A stretch of 64,000 nt of DNA. Source: Flavobacteriales bacterium (GTDB lineage: Bacteria; Bacteroidota; Bacteroidia; UBA10329). The DNA lies in assembly GCA_021741155.1 (NCBI GenBank), contig JAIOYP010000002.1, positions 113,557-177,556 on the forward strand, read 5' to 3'. The notes beneath the pieces are model-generated. The model searched no databases and was not told the DNA's origin. It saw only the letters and a program-made list of their open reading frames with translations. Below are positions 20,278-29,300 of the stretch, in pieces; the stretch's first letter is position 1; each line of letters begins with the position of its first letter. The translations under genes were made by a program, and so were the position numbers.

Positions 20278-21033
20278 ATGACACTCCTATCACGGTTTAA
20301 GCTTCTCCTAAAACAATACCATTGTCCAGTTTGTCAAACTAATGTCGAAGGTTTCGAACCTATATCACCTTATTATGTAGACACTGCTAACAGCCACGAT
20401 TTCATTTATTCTTTTAAAGACTTTGAAACCTTAAACCTAGAACATTACACGTGTCCTAATTGCAAATCATCAGACAGAGACCGGTTATATGCGCTATTCT
20501 TTAGTCAGTTGCACAAAACGACTCCTGTTTCTAGCATGCTCGACTTTGCGCCAGCTAAAGCTATAGAAGCATTTTTGAGAAGCCGTGTTGGAAAAGGCTA
20601 CCGTAGTACCGACCTCAATCGAAAAGATGTTGATGATTCTGGAGTAAACATCGAAGACATGAGTTGCTACGCAGATAATTCGTTCGATTTTATCATTTGC
20701 TCACATATTCTAGAACATGTAGCATCTCCAAAACTGGCAGTAAGCGAACTAAATCGGGTTTTAAAGGTCGGGTCAAAGGCTATTATTATGGTTCCTATTA
20801 TGACCACAATTGAGAATGACACCGAAGACTCGGCACTTGTCTCAGAAGCAAGCAGATGGAAACATTATGGTCAAGACGACCACGTACGCATGTTTTCTAA
20901 AAACGGGTTTGTAGCACTTCTGAAGTCAGCGGGATTCCAAGTTAGCCTATTGACCAAGTCAGACTTCAAAAATTCAAACTTCATAAAACTCGGAATTGAC
21001 CCTAAAAGTGTTCTTTACGTGGTAACCAAGTGA
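20278..21033 (+). CDS. class I SAM-dependent methyltransferase with N-terminal zinc ribbon
   Basis: CPVC…CPNC N-terminus, then a Methyltransf_11-like core (LDFAPAKA…DLNRKDVDD…DFIICSHILEHV). Visibly lower GC and different codon use (cta/tta/ata/aga) than its neighbours. Confidence 0.75.
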   Translation: MTLLSRFKLLLKQYHCPVCQTNVEGFEPISPYYVDTANSHDFIYSFKDFETLNLEHYTCPNCKSSDRDRLYALFFSQLHKTTPVSSMLDFAPAKAIEAFLRSRVGKGYRSTDLNRKDVDDSGVNIEDMSCYADNSFDFIICSHILEHVASPKLAVSELNRVLKVGSKAIIMVPIMTTIENDTEDSALVSEASRWKHYGQDDHVRMFSKNGFVALLKSAGFQVSLLTKSDFKNSNFIKLGIDPKSVLYVVTK

Positions 21034-21071
21034 CATCATCACGCGGGTCATAATTAAAACAGCGTTCTGTG

Positions 21072-22124
21072 TTAATTCCCCTCCAAAATCTTAAACAACT
21101 CGTTCAGCTTTGGGGTAATGATGATTTCCGTTCTACGGTTTTTGGCCTTCGCCTCTTTGGTGTTGGCGCTATCCAAAGGCGAATATTCTGATCGGCCTGC
21201 AGCCGTCAACTGAATTGGATTAATGGAGCTAGTCTCTACCAATAACTTAACGATTGACGTAGCTCTTTTTACCGAAAGATCCCAGTTGTCGGCTACGTTT
21301 CCACTTCCACCATACGGCACGTTATCTGTGTGGCCTTCTACTAGAATCCCAACTTCTGGCTGCGTTTGAAGCACTTTTCCCAATTTAACCAAGGCCTCCT
21401 TTCCCTTTGGATCAACAACCCAACTTCCAGATTTGAATAGAAGCTGCTCTTCCATAGAAACATACACCTTTCCGTTTTTCTGCTCCACCGTCAACCCTTG
21501 GTCGGCAAAACCAAGCAACGCATTGGCAATATTGTTTTTGAGCGCAACCACCGCACTGTCTTTTCTAGCAAGCACACCTTCCAAATCGCTAATGCGCTTC
21601 GAACGCACCAGCAACTGCAAGCGCTTATCCTCCAATTCAGCTTTAGAACGGTCCAATTCGGCACGCATCGCATCCAAATTCCCCTCGCGATTTGCCAACG
21701 CCAATTCCAGCTTGTGCAACTGATCCTCGCGCCCCTGAATATCCTTCCGTGCCTCCTGCAATTCTGTGGTCAACTTCTTGGTGTCCTCCGCATTTCCCTC
21801 ACGCAGCTTGCCCATTTGCTCAAGCAACTTATCGTACGTCTCATTCAACTTATCATAGTTGGTGGTGAGCCGCGCCATGGTCGAAGAAAGCACCGTAGTA
21901 TCCTTTCTCAGATGCTCCAACTGCCGTTCATAATCAGTCATTTTGTTCGTCAAATCGGCCTCAGTCGCCTTCAAATCAATGTTCTCAGATTTAAGGCGTG
22001 CGCGCTCCTCCTCTGCTTGGGCCCGTGCCGAAACCTCATCCTGAAAACGTTTTTCTGCCACACAAGACGACAAAAGGATGGCTGAAAGCGAAGCGAAAAA
22101 GATTTTCTTAGAAGTAGAGTACAT
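21072..22124 (-). CDS. OmpA/MotB-family lipoprotein with long coiled-coil N-domain
   Basis: Lipobox LLSSC, about 180 aa heptad-rich segment, C-terminal OmpA-like domain (…GHTDNVPYGG…NWDLSVKRATSIV…NRRTEIIITPK). Confidence 0.85.
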   Translation of the reverse strand: MYSTSKKIFFASLSAILLSSCVAEKRFQDEVSARAQAEEERARLKSENIDLKATEADLTNKMTDYERQLEHLRKDTTVLSSTMARLTTNYDKLNETYDKLLEQMGKLREGNAEDTKKLTTELQEARKDIQGREDQLHKLELALANREGNLDAMRAELDRSKAELEDKRLQLLVRSKRISDLEGVLARKDSAVVALKNNIANALLGFADQGLTVEQKNGKVYVSMEEQLLFKSGSWVVDPKGKEALVKLGKVLQTQPEVGILVEGHTDNVPYGGSGNVADNWDLSVKRATSIVKLLVETSSINPIQLTAAGRSEYSPLDSANTKEAKAKNRRTEIIITPKLNELFKILEGN

Positions 22125-22146
22125 GAACTGTCCGATTAGATTGCAT

Positions 22147-22154
22147 CAAAGTTA
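22147..22154 (-). promoter_or_regulatory. -7 box TAACTTTG for the OmpA-family gene
   Basis: Minus-strand TAnnTTTG match about 23 nt upstream of the ATG at 22124. Confidence 0.35.
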
Positions 22155-22383
22155 CCCGTGCTCAGGCGGCACACCCGAACAAAACGCGTTCGTATTCAAC
22201 ACCAAAATGTTCATTTCTGAATGTGGGCGTTCCCCCGATGAAAAATCGGGGTCGGGCTTTCCGTTACAAGTCCTCGCTCGTTCCTCGCTGTGGGCTTTCC
22301 ACTTCCAAATGCGAAGCATTCGCGAACACCGCTATAAATCAAACATGATTGTTCGCAATCCCTAACGCGCGCAGTCTGCAAGC

Positions 22384-23370
22384 TTATCGCGTCAGCAAAT
22401 TCTCCTTCTTCAACCACTCATACGAATCGCGGATGGTCTCATCCAGCGGAGTGATTGCAAAACCCAACTCATCTATCGCCTTTTGGCAATTCACATGTTT
22501 GGGAATCGTCAGTTCCAAGTACTTCTCAAGTGTAAGAATCGGCTCCTTCCCATTCAACTTCGACTGTAGCGAATAGAACGGAATCACAGCCTTCATCAGC
22601 AGAGCTGGCATCACAAATTGCGTCTCCTTCTTATCCATCAATCGCTGAATGGTATTGAACACTTCCTTAAAGGTCGCACTCACGCCACCAAGCAAGTAGC
22701 GTTCGCCTGTTCTGCCTTTTTCGTAAGCAGCAATATGACCTCTTGCCACATCACTCACGTGACAGAAAATGCCGTTTCCGGGCGGAATGCCAGGCACATC
22801 ATCGTTATAAACCGCCTGTAATACCTGCGCCCAATTGTGCGAATCAAACGGCCCCATAATGTCACAGGGATTCACCAGCACGGCATCCAGTCCGTTGGCA
22901 ATCGCCTTGTCCACTTCCAACTCGGCCAAATACTTCGTTTTCACATAATTTACGGGGCTCTCCATGGCAATAGACTTGCTGGTCTCGTCAATTTCATTTG
23001 GATTTTGGCCATAAGCCGCAACCGAAGATGTATGCACAAAACGCTTCGCCTTTTTGGCTAGAGCCACCTCCACCATATTTCGGGTGCCAATCACATTATC
23101 CTGAAACTGAGCATCATTTTGCTTCGACCACATAGCAGTGTTTGCCGCCACATGAAAAATGGCATCAACCCCTTCTGGAAGGGCAGCCATCAGCGAATCC
23201 TTATCCGTAATCGCTCCTTCTTTCAGTGCCACATCAAACCGCTGTAGGTAGGTGAGATTCGATGATTTTCGATGCAAGGCGGTTACCTCCCACCCTGCTT
23301 CCAGCAATTGCTGAACAAGATTAATTCCCAAAAATCCTGTGGCTCCAGTCACAAATGCTGTCTTCTTCAT
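22384..23370 (-). CDS. NAD-dependent epimerase/dehydratase (extended SDR) family oxidoreductase
   Basis: FVTGATGFLGINLVQQLL Rossmann motif, YxxxK (YVKTK), 328 aa. Confidence 0.8.
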   Translation of the reverse strand: MKKTAFVTGATGFLGINLVQQLLEAGWEVTALHRKSSNLTYLQRFDVALKEGAITDKDSLMAALPEGVDAIFHVAANTAMWSKQNDAQFQDNVIGTRNMVEVALAKKAKRFVHTSSVAAYGQNPNEIDETSKSIAMESPVNYVKTKYLAELEVDKAIANGLDAVLVNPCDIMGPFDSHNWAQVLQAVYNDDVPGIPPGNGIFCHVSDVARGHIAAYEKGRTGERYLLGGVSATFKEVFNTIQRLMDKKETQFVMPALLMKAVIPFYSLQSKLNGKEPILTLEKYLELTIPKHVNCQKAIDELGFAITPLDETIRDSYEWLKKENLLTR

Positions 23371-23478
23371 CGGTTCTCCGTTGGTTTTTAATCCCTTGCT
23401 AAAGTCCGATTTCTATTTTAGGATAGTATGCATTCCTGTGATTTAAAGATTTCGAATCTCGTTCTTCTCATTTCGGTT

Positions 23479-23952
23479 TTAATGTCCCCCCAACGGACAA
23501 CCCCCAGAAGGTGCGGACTTTTTCTCGATGGAGAGTTCCTTCACCAAATCTCCAGCACCTACGTAGCCAGGGATGGTTTTCTCTATGGCTCCTTCAACAT
23601 TGATGACTAGGATGGTCGGATAACCGCTTATACCATACCGTTGTTTCAATTCAGGGCCTTCGCCTTTTTCCATGTCCATGTTCAAGGCAATATAACTGGC
23701 GTTGATTGTCTCTACAACCAAGCCATCGAGCATGGTAGTGCTGGCCATTTTCTTACAAACGCCACACCACGAGGCATGTGCTTCCAGAAGAATGGGCTTT
23801 CCTGTTTCTGCAGAAAGTTTCAGTGCATCTTCAAATGAACCCTCGAAATAATTGATGGAAGAAGGGGTTTCGCGACTGCTAACCCAACTGGCTGCATTTA
23901 CCGATGAGAAAACGGTTAAAAACGATACTACCGAAAGAAATACTGATTTCAT
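23479..23952 (-). CDS. periplasmic thioredoxin-family protein
   Basis: Signal peptide, WCGVCK active site, C-terminal GGCPLGGH. Confidence 0.8.
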   Translation of the reverse strand: MKSVFLSVVSFLTVFSSVNAASWVSSRETPSSINYFEGSFEDALKLSAETGKPILLEAHASWCGVCKKMASTTMLDGLVVETINASYIALNMDMEKGEGPELKQRYGISGYPTILVINVEGAIEKTIPGYVGAGDLVKELSIEKKSAPSGGCPLGGH

Positions 23953-24069
23953 GATGATTGAATTTTAGTTGTTTGATCGCTGATTTTCGTGTCGGCTGCG
24001 GAAATTGGTCAAGCGGGCGTTACTCCTACAGCAACTTACCCGCTCAGACCAACCACCAACCAATGATTA

Positions 24070-24666
24070 TTATGATTTTCGGCTTAGTTCAAGGGTCACC
24101 TTGATGTCTACTTCATCTCCAACAACGGCTGATGCAGCCCAGCTTCCAGAACCCACTCCATAATCGTTTCTGTTGATGGTGGTTTTGAGTTGAATACCCG
24201 AGATAATCGTTCCCTTTTTCATAGGATGTTCGGTCTGACCAAGAATTTTGAATGGCAAGGCCACATCTTTCGTCACATCCTTGATGGTGAGTTTGCCATG
24301 CACAAGCAATTCGCCATTGCCTTTGTCTTCAAACTTGTTTGAAACGAAGGTGATTTTTGGGAATTTCTTAGCGTTGAAGAAATCACCACTCTGTAAGTGG
24401 TTGTTGCGCTTATCATCTCTCGTATCCACACTTGCCACATCAATAGTAAAATTGGCTGATGAGTTAAGCAGGTTCTCCTTGTCCAGTTTCACAGCTCCTT
24501 CAAAATTGTTGAACCTGCCATCCACAGGAACAAGAAAGTGATTGACTGAAAAGGAAACCGAACTATGAGAGTTGTCTATGTCCCAGGTTGGGGCATCGAT
24601 GGTGGTGAATGCGCTAAGCGCAGGAAATAAGATTGTTGTGATAATGATACTTGCAATTGTTTTCAT
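24070..24666 (-). CDS. yceI: YceI-family periplasmic protein
   Basis: Signal peptide plus a YceI-like lipid/polyisoprenoid-binding barrel pattern (…WDIDNSHSSVSFSVNHF…), 198 aa. Confidence 0.85.
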   Translation of the reverse strand: MKTIASIIITTILFPALSAFTTIDAPTWDIDNSHSSVSFSVNHFLVPVDGRFNNFEGAVKLDKENLLNSSANFTIDVASVDTRDDKRNNHLQSGDFFNAKKFPKITFVSNKFEDKGNGELLVHGKLTIKDVTKDVALPFKILGQTEHPMKKGTIISGIQLKTTINRNDYGVGSGSWAASAVVGDEVDIKVTLELSRKS

Positions 24667-24692
24667 GATGTATGTTTTTAAGGTTAATACAT

Positions 24693-24730
24693 CCTGATGG
24701 TCGTAGGCTATTGCAGTTCCTTACATGCAG
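24693..24730 (-). promoter_or_regulatory. putative ECF-sigma-dependent promoter upstream of yceI
   Basis: Minus-strand ctgcatgtaaGGAACtgcaatagcctacgaccatcagg. A near-identical motif occurs at 25618-25657 on the plus strand. Confidence 0.45.
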
Positions 24731-24781
24731 ATTGAAAAAAAAGTGGCTTTTAATTTGAAACGTGCTTAAACAAGCGAATAA

Positions 24782-25048
24782 CTAATCGTCTTTCCGCTTC
24801 ATTTGTTGCAAAATGCGCTGCTGCAAATCGCTTGTGTCTTGCGTTTCGCTGGTGGTGGTGCCTTGCTTTTTCAATTGCTCATCAATCACGGTTTGTTGCT
24901 TTTCGTAATTGCTGCACGCCTTACACATACTTGTATGCACAGATAGTTGAACCCGTTCGCCTGCCGAAAGTTGGCGGCTGAGTTTCTTCTCAATCAGTTC
25001 GGTTGCTTTCTTGCATGAAAGCATCATCATATTCATCAATTTACCCAT
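24782..25048 (-). CDS. zinc-binding (ZAS-type, RsrA-like) anti-sigma factor, soluble
   Basis: C12…H38-x3-C42-x2-C45 (MLSC…HTSMCKAC). This reproduces the RsrA C11/H37/C41/C44 spacing. No TM segment. Overlaps the upstream ECF sigma stop by 8 nt. Confidence 0.6.
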   Translation of the reverse strand: MGKLMNMMMLSCKKATELIEKKLSRQLSAGERVQLSVHTSMCKACSNYEKQQTVIDEQLKKQGTTTSETQDTSDLQQRILQQMKRKDD

Positions 25049-25592
25049 TGAACCATTTTTTCTGCACGCAATCGCGCAATTTGAGTTTGGCCCTGTGCAT
25101 CAGTTGCCAATAATTGGTCGGAGTTATTTCCAATTCCTTACAGATGGCATCGGCATCAAGCTGGTCGTAGTATTTCATCTGAACCACAGCAAAAAGATTG
25201 TCTGATAGCTTGTGTCGACAATCCAGAAGCGTGGTGTTGAATTCAGGATTATCGAGCAAATGTTCTTCCGTTTCCCATTCCTTCGGTTCGGCTGATTGTT
25301 TCCAATCTCCATCCTCGGTAAAAAAACCATCTGTATCTGTAAACTGGTCTGCCGAGCGATAATAGCTGCGGTAGTAATCCATGATCTTGTGTCGCAAGAT
25401 GGAGAAGAGCCACGTGCGCGGGGTACTATCTCCTTTATAGGTATCGAAACTCTTGAAAGCGGCAATAAAGGTGTCTTGCACCAAGTCTTCGGCCTCTGTT
25501 CGGTTCTTAACACGTGTGGCGGCATAGGCCACGAGTTCGGCTGTATGGTCTTTCACCAATTGCTCAATTCCTATCGTGTTGCCTTCACTCAT
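25041..25592 (-). CDS. RNA polymerase ECF-type sigma-70 factor
   Basis: Region 2 (…DLVQDTFIAAFKSFDTYKGDSTPRTWLFSILRHKIMDYYR…) and region 4 HTH. 183 aa. Confidence 0.9.
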   Translation of the reverse strand: MSEGNTIGIEQLVKDHTAELVAYAATRVKNRTEAEDLVQDTFIAAFKSFDTYKGDSTPRTWLFSILRHKIMDYYRSYYRSADQFTDTDGFFTEDGDWKQSAEPKEWETEEHLLDNPEFNTTLLDCRHKLSDNLFAVVQMKYYDQLDADAICKELEITPTNYWQLMHRAKLKLRDCVQKKWFNG

Positions 25593-25617
25593 CGTTCACG
25601 AATGTACTTTTTTCTAG

Positions 25618-25657
25618 CTGCGATGTAAGGAATGGAAAGAGCCTACGACCTACAGTG
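25618..25657 (+). promoter_or_regulatory. putative ECF-sigma-dependent promoter for the Met-rich membrane protein gene
   Basis: ctgcgatgtaaGGAATggaaagagcctacgacctacagtg. It shares tgtaaggaa…agcctacgacc with 24693-24730 and lies about 40 nt upstream of the ATG at 25692. Confidence 0.45.
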
Positions 25658-25691
25658 TGAAATTCAATTAATCACTAAAAAAAACAATACG

Positions 25692-26111
25692 ATGAAAAGT
25701 AAACTAATCAATGCGGCCATTGCAGGTTCGGTTGCCACCGCAGTAATGAGTGTAATTATGTTTGTAGGCCCTATGATGGGAATGCCAAAAATGAACCCTG
25801 CCGAAATGCTTTCGGGTATGATGGGCGTGCCAGTGGCAGTGGGTTGGGCCATGCACTTTATGATAGGTGTGGTGTTTGCCGCTGCCTATGTTTTGGTGTT
25901 TCAAGCCAAAGTTCCTATTGGCAATAAACCCCTTAAAGGAGCTGTGTTTGGCTTGGTAGTATTCATTTTTGCACAGATAATGATGGGAATTATGGGTGCG
26001 TTAATGGGCGGAATGCCGCAGCCAGAAGGCTCTATGGTGCTGATGATGGTGGGTAGCATTATGGGCCATGCCGTTTACGGTATTGTGGTGGCGCTATTGG
26101 CAAAAGACTGA
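25692..26111 (+). CDS. methionine-rich small membrane protein
   Basis: 140 aa, about 16% Met (PMMGMPKM, GMMG, IMMGIMGALMGGM, SMVLMMVGSIMGH), 3-4 TM segments. Start at MKSKL; the track start at 25632 was rejected. Confidence 0.6.
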   Translation: MKSKLINAAIAGSVATAVMSVIMFVGPMMGMPKMNPAEMLSGMMGVPVAVGWAMHFMIGVVFAAAYVLVFQAKVPIGNKPLKGAVFGLVVFIFAQIMMGIMGALMGGMPQPEGSMVLMMVGSIMGHAVYGIVVALLAKD

Positions 26112-26141
26112 ACGGAAGTGTCAGGACTATAAAGTCGACCG

Positions 26142-26183
26142 AAACGCGACCATGTCTAGTTGACATGGTCGCGTTTTGTTTTT
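26142..26183 (+). terminator. strong intrinsic terminator
   Basis: aaacgcgaccatgtc-tagtt-gacatggtcgcgttt: perfect 15-bp stem followed by TTTTGTTTTT. Confidence 0.8.
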
Positions 26184-26364
26184 CCTTAGAAGGCGCTTAT
26201 AGTTTCAGGTAAGCGATGTGCTGTCAGATGGTGCGAACAATTAACCCCAACCATAGCTTACATGAATTAGACCTTGAATCCGACTAAGGCGGACAGCGTG
26301 ACGTGACTTATTCGCTGCGTAGGTGGACTAACTGAATGTCATTTCTATTTTTACCAAAGCTTAG

Positions 26365-29300
26365 ATGTTGCGTCAACTCCTGTTTGCCTTTTCCTTCCTC
26401 CTACTCACCGTTGGTCAAGCTTTGGCGCAGCAATACGATTTCAAGGGATTCTCGGTTGAAGAAGGTTTGCCCCGAAGCGGTGTCTATTGCCTTTTAGAGG
26501 ATAGTCGCGGCTTCCTTTGGATTGGAACAGAAGGTGGCGGATTGTCTCGTTTTGATGGTCGCGAGTTTGTGACTTACACCGTTGGCAGTGGCCTTCCCGA
26601 CAATACCATTCGCGCGCTGTTCGAAGACCAAGATGGCAATCTTTGGATTGGAACAGATGGTCATGGTGTGTGTCGGTTTGACGGGCAATCATTCCATACA
26701 TACTCTACCGAGAATGGATTGAGCAACGATTACGTGCGTTGCATTACCCAAGGAACAGATGGCGACATCTGGGTTGGTACTTTCGGTGGCGGAATCGACC
26801 GAATGCATTTCGGGAAAGACTCCGTTTCAATCACGGTTTTCGGGAAAAATGGCCCGTTGGGAAGCGATGATGTGCGTGCTGCACTTCGCACTGCTGATGG
26901 CGCACTTTGGTTTGGAACAGATGCTGGCCTTTGCCGCACCGATGGCACTAATTGGAAAACCTACGGAACCAAGGATAGCCTTCCGCACGACCGAATCCTC
27001 GTTCTGTTTGAAGACGACCAGAAAAACCTCTGGATTGGAACGCAAGAAGGTTTAAGCAAAAAGGTGGGCGAAACATTCGTCAATTTTGATGATGATTCTG
27101 GTCTGATTAGCAATCGCGTTCGTGCCATTGCGCAAGATTTGCAAGGCAACATGTGGTTCGGAACGCAAGATGGTGTTTCGAGATATGACGGCAAAACCTT
27201 CGTCTCCTTTACCGAGAAGAACGGTTTGAGTAATGATCGAATTCGCCACATTACGGCTGACAGAAGCGGGAATCTCTGGTTCGGAACGTATTTCGGAGGA
27301 ATCTGCCGCTATTCAGGAGAGCAATTCATCCACTTCACCCAACAGGACGGCATCAGTAGCAATCAGGTACTTTCCGTATTCAACCAGCAAGATGGTTCCA
27401 TTCTGCTTGGCACGCTGGAAGGCGTAACCGTACTTCGTCCTCAACCAAACGGCAACTGGGAAATTGAACGCGACCCAGTCGGTTTATTTTTCTTCGATCA
27501 AGCCATCAACGTCATTACCACTGCTCCCAGTGGCGAGGTTTGGATTGGCACCAATTCTGGAATTTCGGTTCAAATCGATGGACACGTTTCAGAATTAGAA
27601 ACGGACGGACAGCCATTTCGAGAAAACGTGAAAGCCCTCTTAATTGAAGAGGATGGTTCGTTTTGGGTTGGCACCAATCAAGGCGTTACCCGATTTGAAA
27701 AAACGGATGACGGATTTTCATTCGATCAATACCACAGCAACGCCAATATAAATGAGAGTCAGGTCTCTTCCATTACGCGCGATGCAGCAGGAAGAATTTG
27801 GATTGGCTACATCCGCTCCCAGCCCGTCATTTTTGAAAATGGTGAGTTCATCATTCCTAAGCTCCCTCCTACCCTAACCGACATTTCCGCCATTGTGCAA
27901 GGTCCGCACGGGTTTCTGTGGATTGCCACCGAGGGCAATGGGTTGTTCAGGTATCAGGTTGCGAGAGACCAAATCAGCGAATCCGATTTCACACATTTCG
28001 GAACGGAACAAGGGCTTTCTTCTACTAACCTCCGCCAACTGCAATTTGATGCCGAAAGGAACCTTTGGGCTGGAACTGCTTCTGGTATCGATCAAATCTT
28101 TCTCAACAATCGAGGGGAAATAAAAAGTGTGAAGCACTTTGGCCGCAAAGAAGGCTTCATCGGAACGGAAACAAATGAGAATGCTTCGTGCCTCGATAAA
28201 AACGGAAACCTATGGTTTGGAACCATCCATGGCGCCACGCGCTACAATGCAGATGCGCAACCGCCCAGTTCAATTGAAAACAAGCTTCATATCACCAAGG
28301 TTTACCTCGAATTTGAAGATGCCGACTGGAACACAAGCACCTACGCTAATGGAATAACTGGCTATTTCGGACTTCCGAACGAGTTGAATCTTCCGTACGC
28401 ATTAAACAGCCTCACGATTGAATACAACGCCATCGATCTTCGCAATCCAGATCAAGTCCGCTATCAGTGGAAATTGGAAGGCTACAGCGATGAATGGTCG
28501 ATGGTGGAAGACAAGAGCCATCATTCATTTACAAACCTGAGCCCAGGCAGTTACACGTTTCTCGTTCGTTCGGTCAACAGCAATGGCATTTGGAACGAGA
28601 CACCTGCCAGCTTTACGTTCGTAGTTATTCCTCCCGTTTGGATGCGATGGTGGTTTATTGCCCTTTGCGTGTTACTGCTGGTGGCGTTGGTTTTCGCCAT
28701 TATCAAGATTCGCGAGAAACGATACCAAGCCGAGAGGCGGAAATTGCAAATAATGGTAGATGACCGCACCAAAGAACTTCGCCACGAAAAAGATCGCTCA
28801 GACGAGCTTTTGCTCAATATTCTTCCGTTAGAAACAGCCGAGGAACTGAAGAAAAACGGCTATGCATCCGTACAGCAATACGATATGGTGTCCGTGCTCT
28901 TTACCGATTTTGTTGGTTTCACAAACATTACTGAAGGGATTTCACATACAGAGTTGGTGAGGTCGTTGGATGAACACTTCCGCCTGTTTGATGGCGTGAT
29001 GGACAAGTATCGCATCGAAAAGATTAAAACAATTGGCGATGCGTACATGGCCGCGGGCGGTATTCCCATGCGCACCATCACCAATCCAATGGCGGTTGTG
29101 GCGGCAGGTCTGGAGATGATTCACTTACTGCTAGAACTCAATAGGAAGAAAGAACTGAAAGGCGAAACAGCTTGGAATCTCCGTTTGGGAATCCACACAG
29201 GAAGCGTCATCTCGGGCGTGGTTGGCAAGAATAAATTCGCATTTGACATATGGGGAGATGCTGTAAACACAGCCGCCCGAATGGAAAGCAGCGGTGAGGT

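Noticed and set aside
22200-22330. RNase P RNA / tmRNA / SRP RNA candidate based on GGAAAGCCC motifs
   Set aside because: The region is far too short for RNase P, and the conserved GGAAAGUCCGGGCUCC and tmRNA tag-peptide features are absent. It is kept only as an unexplained structured region.
22078-22365. 95-aa plus-strand ORF between ompA-like and epimerase genes
   Set aside because: It runs through hairpin-rich intergenic sequence antisense to the OmpA start. Its composition looks non-coding.
25632-25691. Upstream start (MERAYDLQCEIQ…) for the Met-rich membrane protein
   Set aside because: It would overlap the putative promoter motif at 25618-25657. The hydrophobic N-terminus begins at MKSKL.
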